Assembly: GCA_963833225.1 (NCBI GenBank)
Contig: CAWHXD010000008.1
Coordinates: forward strand, 928,001-992,000
Direction: 5' to 3'
Length of the DNA stretch: 64,000 bases
Origin: an uncultured Chloroflexia bacterium
Lineage (GTDB): Bacteria > Chloroflexota > Limnocylindria > Limnocylindrales > CSP1-4
The first letter of the stretch is position 1. Each line of letters starts with the position of its first letter. Positions 50,499-62,258 of the stretch are shown here, piece after piece. Below the pieces are notes generated by a model. It saw nothing but the letters and a program-made list of their open reading frames with translations. It did no database searches and was not told where the DNA came from. Position numbers and translations under genes: made by a program.

Positions 50499-50631
50499 GG
50501 GTCGTGTGCTCCGGGTGGTCGCCGCGATCTGTGGCGCGATCACCCATTGTTCGCTCCCCGCGCAAGGTGGATGCGCCGGCCCGTGCGACCTGGTTCGCGT
50601 CGCGGCCGTCACTCGACCTACCATCGGGTCC

Positions 50632-51697
50632 ATGAGCCAGCTCGATCCCCGGACCCTTCGCGCCCTGACCGCGGCGATGCCCAAGGCGGAGCTTCACCTC
50701 CACCTCGACGGCTCGCTGCGCGTGGACACCGCCCTTGACATCGCCCATTCCCGGCACGTCGGACGCTCCGATGTCATGTTCGCGGCATGCGTGGCGTCCT
50801 GGTCGCACCCGACCGGTGCGACGACCAGGCGGCGCTCCTGGAGGCGTTCGACCTGCCGATCGCGCTGATGCAGGACGCGGAGGCGATCGAACGGATCGCG
50901 GGCGACCTCGTCGATGACAAGGCCGCCGACAACGTCCGATACATGGAGATCCGCTGGGCGCCGCTGCTCCACGTGGGGAAGGGGATGTCCGGGCGCCAGG
51001 TGGTCGACGCGGTCTGGCGCGGCGCGCACGCCGCGGCGAAGCGCAACGACGTCCAGGTCCGGCTGATCGCCACCCTGATGCGGTCCCACGCCCCCCAGGC
51101 CAACCTGGACTTCGTGCTCGACCTGGTCCAGGAGGGGGTCCCCGACGGCCTGGTGGCCGTGGATCTCGCCGGGCCCGAGGCGAAGTTCCCGGACCCGGAG
51201 CGCCACCGAGGGTCGATCGACATGGCCCGTGACCTCGGGCTCCACGTCACGATGCACGCGGGCGAATGGGGTGGCGCGGCACAGGTGAAGCGCGCGCTGG
51301 CGCTCGATCCGGAGCGCATCGCGCACGGACCCCTCGCGATCGATGATCCCGGCGCTGGTTGCGGAGCTGGTCGCCTCGGGGGTCTGGCTTGACCTGTGCC
51401 TGACCTCCAACTATCCAGGCGCGGATCGTCGAGTCGTTCGAGGCCCACCCCTTCCGGCGGCTCCTGCACGCCGGCGTCAACGTCACCCTCAACACCGACG
51501 ACCTGACCGTGTCCGACGTCAGCCTGTCCGAGGAGTACGCCCGGGCCGTGGAGCGGCTGGGGGTCACGGTGCCCGAGCTGTGGGCCGTCAACACGGCCGC
51601 CATCGAAGCCGCGTTCTGCGGCGAGCCCACGAAGGAAGACCTGCGAGAGGCGTTCCTCGCGTGGGGGTCCGGGATCCCCGAGCTCATCCACCGCTAG
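50632..51697 (+). CDS. add: Adenosine deaminase family protein, several frameshifts
   Basis: PKAELHLHLDGS, YMEIRWAP, HAGE, RIAHG, CLTSN, TLNTDD. Confidence 0.85.
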
Positions 51698-51712
51698 GGC
51701 CGGCAGGCGGGC

Positions 51713-52216
51713 TCAGCCTCCGAGTGTGAACCCCTGGACGAGGATATCGAGCTCGTCGTCGATGGCTTCTGGGACCGGGTCCAGCAGCAGCTGGGCCGGG
51801 ACGCCATCGTCGCGCCACGTCACCGCCGCCGTGCCGCCGCCATCCATGGTGCTCAGGGCGCGCTCGTAGATCGCATCGACCGTCAGCGGGTACCAGCGGA
51901 CGCTCGGGTCGGCCGGCTGCACATCCACCACCTGCCCGTCGAGCACGGTCACGGTTAGCGGGTCGGTCGACGGGCAGAAGCACACGAACTGCACCTCGAG
52001 CACGTAGTTGTCGATCCCCGATGCCGTCCAGGCTGCGTACCGGGCCTCGAGCTCGGCCCGCTGCTCGGCGTCCGGTCTCGGCGACGCGTCGACCCCCGGC
52101 AGCTCCCACGGGAGCAGGGAGCAGCCCGCCACCGCGAGCAGCAGCGGCAGGAGCAGGAACGGGATCGCGCGACGGAGCTCGGTCACATGGCTGGGGACGC
52201 GCGAGGCGGTGCGCAT
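51713..52216 (-). CDS. Lipoprotein (DUF6174-like)
   Basis: Lipobox VAGC, W...GIDNY...CFCP, C-terminal DDE. Confidence 0.7.
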   Translation of the reverse strand: MRTASRVPSHVTELRRAIPFLLLPLLLAVAGCSLLPWELPGVDASPRPDAEQRAELEARYAAWTASGIDNYVLEVQFVCFCPSTDPLTVTVLDGQVVDVQPADPSVRWYPLTVDAIYERALSTMDGGGTAAVTWRDDGVPAQLLLDPVPEAIDDELDILVQGFTLGG

Positions 52217-52311
52217 GTTCCACGGCCCCCGTCGGGGCACGTGTTCCGCGGTCCCGAGTCGCTCACCGGCCCCGCGGCGAGCCGCTGACCGGCCCAAGCC
52301 GGTGCGGCGGC

Positions 52312-53160
52312 TCAGCCCTCGTCGGCGGCGAGATCCGCGAGCGCCGCGCTGAGCTCGCTCGAATCCGCGACGATGTGGGTAGGCCGCTCGGCATCAACGA
52401 GAGCATCGGCCGCCTCCCGGCTGGTGACCCCCGTGAGCATCAGGACCGTTCGCGCACCTACGGCCCGCCCCGCCGCCATGTCGGTCGGTGAGTCGCCGAT
52501 CATCACCGCGTCCCCCGCGGCCATCCCGACCGTCTTCGCCGCGATCTCCAGCAGGTGGGGCTCGGGCTTGCCCATCGTGACCCTCGCGGTCGCCCGGGCG
52601 GCCGTCTCGATGGCCGCGACGACCGCGCCGGCACCGGGACGGAAGCCGTTCTCGATCGGGTAGACGGGATCGCGGTTGGTCGCCACCAGCACGGCGCCCG
52701 CCCGAATGCAGTCAGCCGCCGCGGCGATCCGCAGGTAGGTGACCTGGGGGTCCAGCCCCGCGACCACGACATCAGGGTGCCCGGCGGCCGCCCAGCCGTC
52801 GATGCCCTCCTGGCTCATCCGGGTCGCGGCATGCGATGCCGTCACCACCTCGAAGCCGATCTCGCGCAGCTCGCGCTCGAGACCGGCGGCGCCGACCGCG
52901 AGCACCCGCCGGGCCCCGGGGATCTCGTCGCGCACGTAACGGGCGGCCGCGCTGGCGCTGGTGACCACGCGATCCGGACCCACGGGCGCACCGTGCCCGG
53001 CGAGCCTGGCCAGGTAGTCGCCGCGATAGAACATCGCGTTGTTGGTGACATAGACCACCGTATCGCCCAGGGCATCGCGGGCGGCGAGCGCAGGCCCGAC
53101 GCCAGGCACGCTCTCCGATCCGCGGTAGACGACACCGTCGAGGTCGACGAGGAGCAGCAC
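52312..53160 (-). CDS. HAD-IIA family hydrolase (NagD-like)
   Basis: DLDGVVY, VTNN, ATNRD, GKP, IGDS..D. Confidence 0.93.
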   Translation of the reverse strand: MLLLVDLDGVVYRGSESVPGVGPALAARDALGDTVVYVTNNAMFYRGDYLARLAGHGAPVGPDRVVTSASAAARYVRDEIPGARRVLAVGAAGLERELREIGFEVVTASHAATRMSQEGIDGWAAAGHPDVVVAGLDPQVTYLRIAAAADCIRAGAVLVATNRDPVYPIENGFRPGAGAVVAAIETAARATARVTMGKPEPHLLEIAAKTVGMAAGDAVMIGDSPTDMAAGRAVGARTVLMLTGVTSREAADALVDAERPTHIVADSSELSAALADLAADEG

Positions 53161-53182
53161 CCCCCGATGCTACCGTCTGTCC
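53161..53182. promoter_or_regulatory. Overlapping divergent leaderless -10 elements
   Basis: Minus strand TAGCAT-N6-GTG(53160); plus strand TACCGT-N6-ATG(53183). Confidence 0.6.
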
Positions 53183-53803
53183 ATGCCCGCCAACGCCCGC
53201 CAGACCCCGTTCGACGGCACCGATCGCCTGATCATCGACGGGACCAACCTCCTGTACCGCCTCGGCGCGGGTGCCGGCGGTGCCGCCCCGGCGTCGGCCA
53301 TCGTCGGCCGGATTCGGGCCGCTGTGCCGATGCCGATCACCATCGACCTCGTGTTCGACGGCATGGGCCACGGGGTCTACGGCCGCCTGGCGCAGAAGAT
53401 GGCGGTCCGGTACTCGGGACGGCGAACCGGCGACGACACGATCCTGGACCTGGTGTCGGAGGCAGCGCTCCGGGGTGGGGGTCCCGCGGCGACGGACCGC
53501 GTCCTGGTCGTCACCAACGACCGCGGGCTGCGAGACCTGCTGGCCGCGAAGGGCGCCAGGACCGCCCCGCTCCAGTGGCTCATCGGCAAGCTCGACGTCC
53601 CGGCGCCCGCCCGCCGCCCGTCGGCGTCGGGCGCCGGATCCGCACGTGGCACCTCGATCGGCCAGGGACGGCCACCCGGCGGCCGCGAGACTCGGGGCGA
53701 GAACGAGCGCCCGGGCTGGAAGCCGGGCCGGGGCGCGACGGCCAAGACAGGGACGCCAAGGAAGGTCGCCCGCCACAAGCGCCACCCGCGCGCTCCCGGC
53801 TGA
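53183..53803 (+). CDS. NYN/YacP-like PIN domain protein
   Basis: IIDGTNLL, LVFDG, GDD.I, VVTNDRGL. Confidence 0.8.
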   Translation: MPANARQTPFDGTDRLIIDGTNLLYRLGAGAGGAAPASAIVGRIRAAVPMPITIDLVFDGMGHGVYGRLAQKMAVRYSGRRTGDDTILDLVSEAALRGGGPAATDRVLVVTNDRGLRDLLAAKGARTAPLQWLIGKLDVPAPARRPSASGAGSARGTSIGQGRPPGGRETRGENERPGWKPGRGATAKTGTPRKVARHKRHPRAPG

Positions 53804-53853
53804 GCCGGGACGCGCCCGCGACCGAGCTGTCCTTCGGCTGCTAGCATGCGCGG

Positions 53854-54327
53854 GTGATCATCGAGACCCTGCAGCGGCTCTGGAACGACCTCGTGACGTT
53901 CTCGGGCACCTTCGTGACGCCGGACTGGGGCGCCCTCATCGGCCTGCTGCCGGTCTTCCTGCTGGTCGGCGTGGTCGGTCCCCTGCTGACCCTGATCGTC
54001 CTGTACTGGCTGCGCTACGGACTCGTGCGGCCGCGGCTGCGCGTGGCCTACGCGGACACCCGCCGTCCCGCCCCGCTCGATGCGGCGGGCAACCCGGTGT
54101 TCCCGGTCGGTGAGCCGTACAGCCCGCGCGAGGGCGTCATCTACGAGCCTGGCAGCACGCGCTCGTCTTCCGGCGAGCGCCTCCTCGTCGCCTGCCCCAA
54201 GTGCTCGCTCGTCCGCTCGGCGGCCGACGACACGTGTGGCAACTGCGGCCTCACCTTCACCCTCAAGCCAACGACCCGCTCGCTGCGACCCGCAGGGCCG
54301 CCGCCGGGAGGGCGTGCCGCCGTCTGA
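53854..54327 (+). CDS. Hypothetical membrane protein with C-terminal zinc ribbon
   Basis: One TM segment and CPKC...CGNCG. Confidence 0.7.
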   Translation: MIIETLQRLWNDLVTFSGTFVTPDWGALIGLLPVFLLVGVVGPLLTLIVLYWLRYGLVRPRLRVAYADTRRPAPLDAAGNPVFPVGEPYSPREGVIYEPGSTRSSSGERLLVACPKCSLVRSAADDTCGNCGLTFTLKPTTRSLRPAGPPPGGRAAV

Positions 54328-54423
54328 TCGACCGGCGAGCCGGCCGCCAGGTCCGTTCGCCGACCTCCACGAGGCCGAGACGGGATCGTCCGCCCGGCCG
54401 CCAGCGTCCCGGGAAACAGCTCC

Positions 54424-55362
54424 ATGGCACAGGCATCCTCGCTCCTGTTCGTGCTCGGCGTGATCGCAATGGCGATCGGGTTTGCCGCCCACATCGGCCA
54501 CGCGGTGCTGCTCGCAAACGGCCGCCGCTCGGTGGTCTTCGTCCCCATGACCCAGCCGGCGTACGCGACGGGTGGCGTCACCGGCTCCTTCGTGACCGCC
54601 CGGGCCGCCCGCGCGCGGGCGCCGATCGACCTCGCCGCCTCCCCCACCCCGCTGTCGCGGGCGGCCACCGCGATCGCTGTCACGGCCTTCGCGCTCCTGC
54701 TTGGGTCCCTCGTCGCGCGCGGGATCGCGGTGGGTCGTGGGCCGTACGGGAACCTGTTCGAGTTCAGCGCCGCGTTCGGCACTAGTATCGTCGGCGGCTA
54801 CCTGTTCCTGGCCCGCCGCTATCCGATCCGCCAGATCGGGTTCATCCCCATGGGCGTCGCCCTGGCCATGCTGCTCTACGCGTCATCGCTCCCGTCCGAG
54901 ATCGAGCCCCTGGTGCCCGCCCTCCAGAATGCGCCCCTGCTCACCATCCACGTCGGCATGGCCGTGATCGCCTACGGGATCTTCGCGATGGCGTTCGCCG
55001 CGGGGATCGGGTATCTCGCGCAGGGCACCGGCGACCGGTTCTCGTGGCTGCCATCGCACAAGACGCTCGACGAGGTGGCCTACCGGGCGGTGATCATCGG
55101 CTTTCCGATCTTCGCCACGATGATCATCCTCGGGTCCTGGTGGGCCTCGATCGCCTGGTCCCGCTACTGGGGCTGGGACCCCAAGGAGACGGCCGCCCTG
55201 GTCACCTGGCTCGTGTACGCGATCTATCTCCACGCGCGCAACCAGCGGCGCTGGGCGGGCCGGCCGGCGGCGCTGCTGCTGGTCATCGGGTTCGGGATGG
55301 TCCTGGTCACCTACTCGGGCAGCCTGTGGTTCACGGGGCTGCACGCGTACTCGGGCCTGTAG
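54424..55362 (+). CDS. ccsA: Cytochrome c biogenesis protein CcsA/ResC (system II)
   Basis: PYGNLFE, LVPALQ, IHV, WWD domain WA..AWSRYWGWDPKET, GLHAY. Confidence 0.93.
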   Translation: MAQASSLLFVLGVIAMAIGFAAHIGHAVLLANGRRSVVFVPMTQPAYATGGVTGSFVTARAARARAPIDLAASPTPLSRAATAIAVTAFALLLGSLVARGIAVGRGPYGNLFEFSAAFGTSIVGGYLFLARRYPIRQIGFIPMGVALAMLLYASSLPSEIEPLVPALQNAPLLTIHVGMAVIAYGIFAMAFAAGIGYLAQGTGDRFSWLPSHKTLDEVAYRAVIIGFPIFATMIILGSWWASIAWSRYWGWDPKETAALVTWLVYAIYLHARNQRRWAGRPAALLLVIGFGMVLVTYSGSLWFTGLHAYSGL

Positions 55363-55448
55363 GGGCCCACGGGGGTCCGTAGGGCCTCACGGGCCTGACC
55401 CCGCCGGCGCATTGCGCCGTTCCCCGATCTGACCGATCCTCTCTCGCG

Positions 55449-56066
55449 ATGCTCGACTTCATCGATCCGGATCCCATGGGAGCCCTGCTCAAGATCGGCC
55501 TGGCCATCGGGGTGGTGGTCTTGGTCGTCGTGCTGTGGTTCCAGCTCCTCCACCGGTCGCGGCGGTTTGGCGGCGGCACCCTGGCCGCCGTCACGATGCT
55601 GGCCGCGGTCGTGGCCCTGCTCGTCGCGATCACGCCCAACCTGCTGCCGTTCGAGATCGGCCTCATGGTGCTGCTGCTCGGGCTGCTGGCGATCTACCGG
55701 CCGGAGCAGGTTGTCAAGATCACCGGCGGGCCGTCGCTCCGGTACCGCGCCCTCCGGGAGGGGCGGGAGCTGCGGCTCCTCGTGCGCGAGCGGGGCGGCT
55801 GGTCGGTTGCGGGGCGCAACGAGGAGGTCCAGGAGCGGGTCGCGGAGCTCACCGCGTTCGAGGGGCCGGGGACCAAGCGGTACATCGAGCTGGTGCGGGA
55901 AACGCTGTTCGCGGATCCGGCGGCGCCGGGCGTCGCTGACCGGCTCGAGGAGCTCGCGGAGGCCGACGCGGAGCTGCGCGAATTGCTGCGGGCGCGGCCG
56001 ATGTTCGAGCGTGAGCTCGCGAAGCGGGCCGCCGCGCTCGACGGGCCGGCTACCGGCGAGGACTGA
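55449..56066 (+). CDS. Hypothetical membrane protein
   Basis: Three N-terminal TM segments and a helical C-terminus. Confidence 0.7.
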   Translation: MLDFIDPDPMGALLKIGLAIGVVVLVVVLWFQLLHRSRRFGGGTLAAVTMLAAVVALLVAITPNLLPFEIGLMVLLLGLLAIYRPEQVVKITGGPSLRYRALREGRELRLLVRERGGWSVAGRNEEVQERVAELTAFEGPGTKRYIELVRETLFADPAAPGVADRLEELAEADAELRELLRARPMFERELAKRAAALDGPATGED

Positions 56067-56976
56067 AGCTCCAGCGGACCGGGACGCCGCCCCAGGCATC
56101 GAGGGCAAGATCCGCCGCCCCCTCCACGGGATCCTTGTCCAGGGCCAGCAGCCGGGCCCCGGGAGCCGCCTCGCGGACCGCGGCACGGACACGCTCCGCG
56201 AGCCACGGACAGGCATCACCGAGGCCGCCGTAGATGACCACCGCGGGTGCCGGCCCGAGATTGAGCCGTTCCACCTCCTCGCGAACCGCCTGCGTCACGC
56301 GGGAGCACCACCGGTCCACCATGCGCGCCGGGAGCGGGTCGCCACGCTCGGCGGCCCGCGCTACCGCCGCACCGAGGTGCGCGACGTCGGGTTCCGGCCT
56401 TCGAGGACGGTCGACGCGCCAGCGCACGTCCGCCTCGGCGATCGCCCGGGCCAGCGCATCGCCGACCTCGCCGCGCCGGGCCAGCGCATCGCCGATCTCG
56501 CCGCGCCGGGCGGCACGCGCGGCAAGCGCACCCAGCACGTAGCCACCGCCGAAGATCCCGTGTCCCCGGTCCGTGACCCGGCCGTCCAGCCCGCGACCGA
56601 TGACGTTGCCGCCGGTCGAGACCGGGATCGCCAGGCCCACGCCGTCCGGGGTGCCGGCGCGCAGCACGGCAAGCGTGTCGTTGACCGCGACGACGCGGGT
56701 CCCGGACAGACGAGCTTCGAGCGCCACTTCCAGCGCCCTGGCGTGCTCGGGACGATCGATCCCGGCGCCCGCGACGAACAGCAGGTCGGGTTCCGGGGTG
56801 AGCTGGTGGGCCAGCGCGGCGATCCGGTCCGCGGCGGCGGCGAGACCGTGGCGCTTGGGGTTGGCGCCCGGTCCCTCGGCTCGCCCGAGCCGGGTCCCGT
56901 CCGGCGCCACCGCGAGGGCCGCGGACCTGGTCGCGCCGGCATCGACGCCGACCAGGATGGGCGAGGAGGTGGTCAC
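56050..56976 (-). CDS. BadF/BadG/BcrA/BcrD ATPase family (GlcNAc kinase-like)
   Basis: VGVDAGATRS, VND, STGG, YGGL, PVEGA. GTG at 56976. Confidence 0.85.
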   Translation of the reverse strand: MTTSSPILVGVDAGATRSAALAVAPDGTRLGRAEGPGANPKRHGLAAAADRIAALAHQLTPEPDLLFVAGAGIDRPEHARALEVALEARLSGTRVVAVNDTLAVLRAGTPDGVGLAIPVSTGGNVIGRGLDGRVTDRGHGIFGGGYVLGALAARAARRGEIGDALARRGEVGDALARAIAEADVRWRVDRPRRPEPDVAHLGAAVARAAERGDPLPARMVDRWCSRVTQAVREEVERLNLGPAPAVVIYGGLGDACPWLAERVRAAVREAAPGARLLALDKDPVEGAADLALDAWGGVPVRWSFSPRR

Positions 56977-57029
56977 CCGCTGATGATCGCGGATCCGCGG
57001 CGGGCGTGGCAGTGGCCGTTCGTCGGACG

Positions 57030-57077
57030 CGCCATCGCCCGCGCCATCGCCCACGCCATCGGCCGCGCCATCGCCCG
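57030..57077. repeat. 4x 12-bp tandem repeat (CGCCATCGCCCG)
   Basis: Seen directly upstream of the HTH-nuclease gene. Confidence 0.85.
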
Positions 57078-57138
57078 GGCGCGCGTTGCCGCGCCTCCGC
57101 ATAAGCGCGAGGTGAGCGCCGGTCGCGATGATCCGGCC

Positions 57139-57894
57139 ATGAACAACACGCAGGTGGGCCGCGCCTTCCGGGCCGTCCGGATCCGCAAGGGCCTGCGCCA
57201 GGCAGACGTGGCGGCCGAGGCCGGTGTCTCACGCGACGCGGTCTCGCGAGTGGAGCGAGGCTCCCTCGACGGCATGACCCTCCGCCGCATCCGGGCCATC
57301 GGCGAGGCCATCGGCGTGACCCTGGATGTGACCGCGCGGTGGCGGGGCGGCGAGCTGGACCGGCTGCTGGGCCGGCGTCACTCCGCGCTCCACGACCAGG
57401 TCGCGGCACGGTTCGCGGACCTGGGCGGGTGGACGATCGCGCCCGAGGTGACGTTCTCGGTCTATGGCGAGCGAGGGGCCATCGACATCCTCGCCTGGCA
57501 CGCCGCCACCCGGACGCTGCTCGTCATCGAGCTCAAGACGGAGCTCGTGGACGTCCAGGAGATGCTCTCGACCCTGGACCGGAAGCGGCGCCTGGCGCCG
57601 AAGATCGCACGCGAGCGAGGATGGTCGCCTGCCACCGTCGCGACCTGGGTGATCCTCGCCGACAGTCGCACCAACCGCCGGCGTGTGGCTGCGCACCGGA
57701 ACGTCCTTCGGGCGGCCCTTCCCGCCGACGGCCGGACGGTGCTCCATTGGCTCCAGCATCCCTCCGGCACCGTCGCCGCCCTGTCCGTGTGGCCAGATTC
57801 CGATGGGGTGCGCACGACAGACGCAGTTGCCCCCACCCGTCGGGTCACCACCCACACCCGTCGGGTCAGCACCCAGGTGCCTCGCGAGGACTGA
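57139..57894 (+). CDS. XRE-family HTH fused to a PD-(D/E)XK (restriction-endonuclease-like) domain
   Basis: LRQADVAAEAGVSRDAVSRVERG, then PEVTF...ERGAIDILAW...LLVIELKT. Confidence 0.82.
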   Translation: MNNTQVGRAFRAVRIRKGLRQADVAAEAGVSRDAVSRVERGSLDGMTLRRIRAIGEAIGVTLDVTARWRGGELDRLLGRRHSALHDQVAARFADLGGWTIAPEVTFSVYGERGAIDILAWHAATRTLLVIELKTELVDVQEMLSTLDRKRRLAPKIARERGWSPATVATWVILADSRTNRRRVAAHRNVLRAALPADGRTVLHWLQHPSGTVAALSVWPDSDGVRTTDAVAPTRRVTTHTRRVSTQVPRED

Positions 57895-58089
57895 ACGGGG
57901 ATCCGGCGGGTGACCTGGCCACGTTCCGATGGTGTGCGCGTTGGGCCGCAAACACCTGGCCCAGTGCGCACACCACCTGCATATGGCCGGCCGGAAGGCG
58001 GTTCCGGCGCGATCGTGCGCATCCCACGCGAATCTGGCCGGGTCGTGGGCCGATCCCCCGCGCAACGCGCACTCCACGTGAATGTGGCC
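57791..58089. repeat. REP/BIME-like array of five 23-27 bp repeats in both orientations
   Basis: GGCCAnnTTCnnnTGGnnTGCGC-like copies at 57791(+), 57917(+), 57966(-), 58013(-) and 58067(-). Confidence 0.75.
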
Positions 58090-58099
58090 GGGTATGGAG

Positions 58100-58250
58100 G
58101 CCGAGTGGTGGCCGGCCGGCTTGCGGGCCGGGGATGGAGGGCAAGCGGTGGCCGGCGGGTACGCAAGCCGAGCGGTGGCCGGCCGTCTGCGGGCCGGGTG
58201 CGCAAGCCGAGCGGTGGCCGGCCGGGTACGCAAGCCGAGTGGTGGCCGGG
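58100..58250. repeat. Imperfect tandem repeat (GCAAGCCGAGCGGTGGCCGGCCG-like, about 5 copies)
   Basis: Recurrent GAGYGGTGGCCGG seen directly. Confidence 0.8.
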
Positions 58251-58434
58251 GATGTCGCCGACAACCCGGCGCCGGAGCGCTCCACAATAGAACGCCCGTT
58301 CTGTGGACAACCCGCCACCGGGACGTTGACAAGCCGCTCACCCACGGTGGACGGCCGGCCCGGGACCGTGGATGAGTCACCGCGGAACGTGGATCCCCGG
58401 CCCTCGGTCGGGGATGCCAGCGCAAACCGGCTAA

Positions 58435-58520
58435 CAACAACATGTTGCGATACGAACCACCATCGCACCACTACATCTTGTGGTTTTGGGCTTGACCACG
58501 ACCCCACCAAGTCGTACAGT
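58435..58520 (+). promoter_or_regulatory. Tandem NrdR boxes and sigma70 promoter of nrdJ
   Basis: CAACAACATGTTGCGA (58435) and CCACTACATCTTGTGG (58468), 33 bp apart. TTGACC(58492)-N17-TACAGT(58515). Confidence 0.8.
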
Positions 58521-58809
58521 CTGACGGTCGCTCCGCTGCCGGACGACGCCCGGGACGCCCAACGGTACGGCCACCAGAACCGTACGCCAGACCCCCGGGC
58601 AGAGACGGCACACGAGCGGCCCGGTGGAAGGCCCGTAGCTGACGTCACCCCATCCTCGTGACGCGGGACAACCACCCGGACGGAGCTCCTGAACGCTCCG
58701 GCGACCCGCCTGGCATCCGGGTCCCGTGCGCGCCCGGAGTCCCCATCCGGGCCATCGAGCAAGAACGGCGAGGTCCCGCGGTCCGCGGGAGCGGAGGAGA
58801 CAAGAAGAA

Positions 58810-61974
<3,165 letters not shown>

Positions 61975-61996
61975 GCCTCAACCGCCCGTAACTCAC

Positions 61997-62020
61997 AGGC
62001 CCGGGCAATTGCCCGGGCCT
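61997..62020. terminator. Perfect 24-bp palindrome between convergent genes (probable terminator)
   Basis: AGGCCCGGGCAATTGCCCGGGCCT. Confidence 0.7.
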
Positions 62021-62117
62021 CTCGATTTACGTCACGAAGCCCGGCAGACGCGTCCCCGTTGTGGGCATGCACACTGCGCAGCGGGCTGCGGCGAGCCCGC
62101 ACAGCGCGGATGCCGGG

Positions 62118-62249
62118 CTATTCCCGTCGGTGGACGGTGACGCCGGCAGCGCGATCCGCTTCGACGCGTGCGCGGGACGACTCGGTTTCCGGGTCCGATG
62201 GGACGCCCCCGAGTGCGGAGCGCCAGTCATCCCGGATGGGGTCATACAT
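62118..62249 (-). CDS. Possible 43-aa small ORF or gene remnant
   Basis: Purine-rich AGGAGGGGA just upstream of the ATG, directly after the upstream stop. MYDPIRDDWRSALGG...RRE*. Confidence 0.3.
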   Translation of the reverse strand: MYDPIRDDWRSALGGVPSDPETESSRARVEADRAAGVTVHRRE

Positions 62250-62258
62250 GATCCCCTC

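Noticed and set aside
57791-58250. CRISPR array
   Set aside because: Repeats are degenerate and in both orientations, and there are no cas genes.
58521-58809. Cobalamin riboswitch
   Set aside because: No recognisable GGGAA...GCCACTG or B12-box elements.
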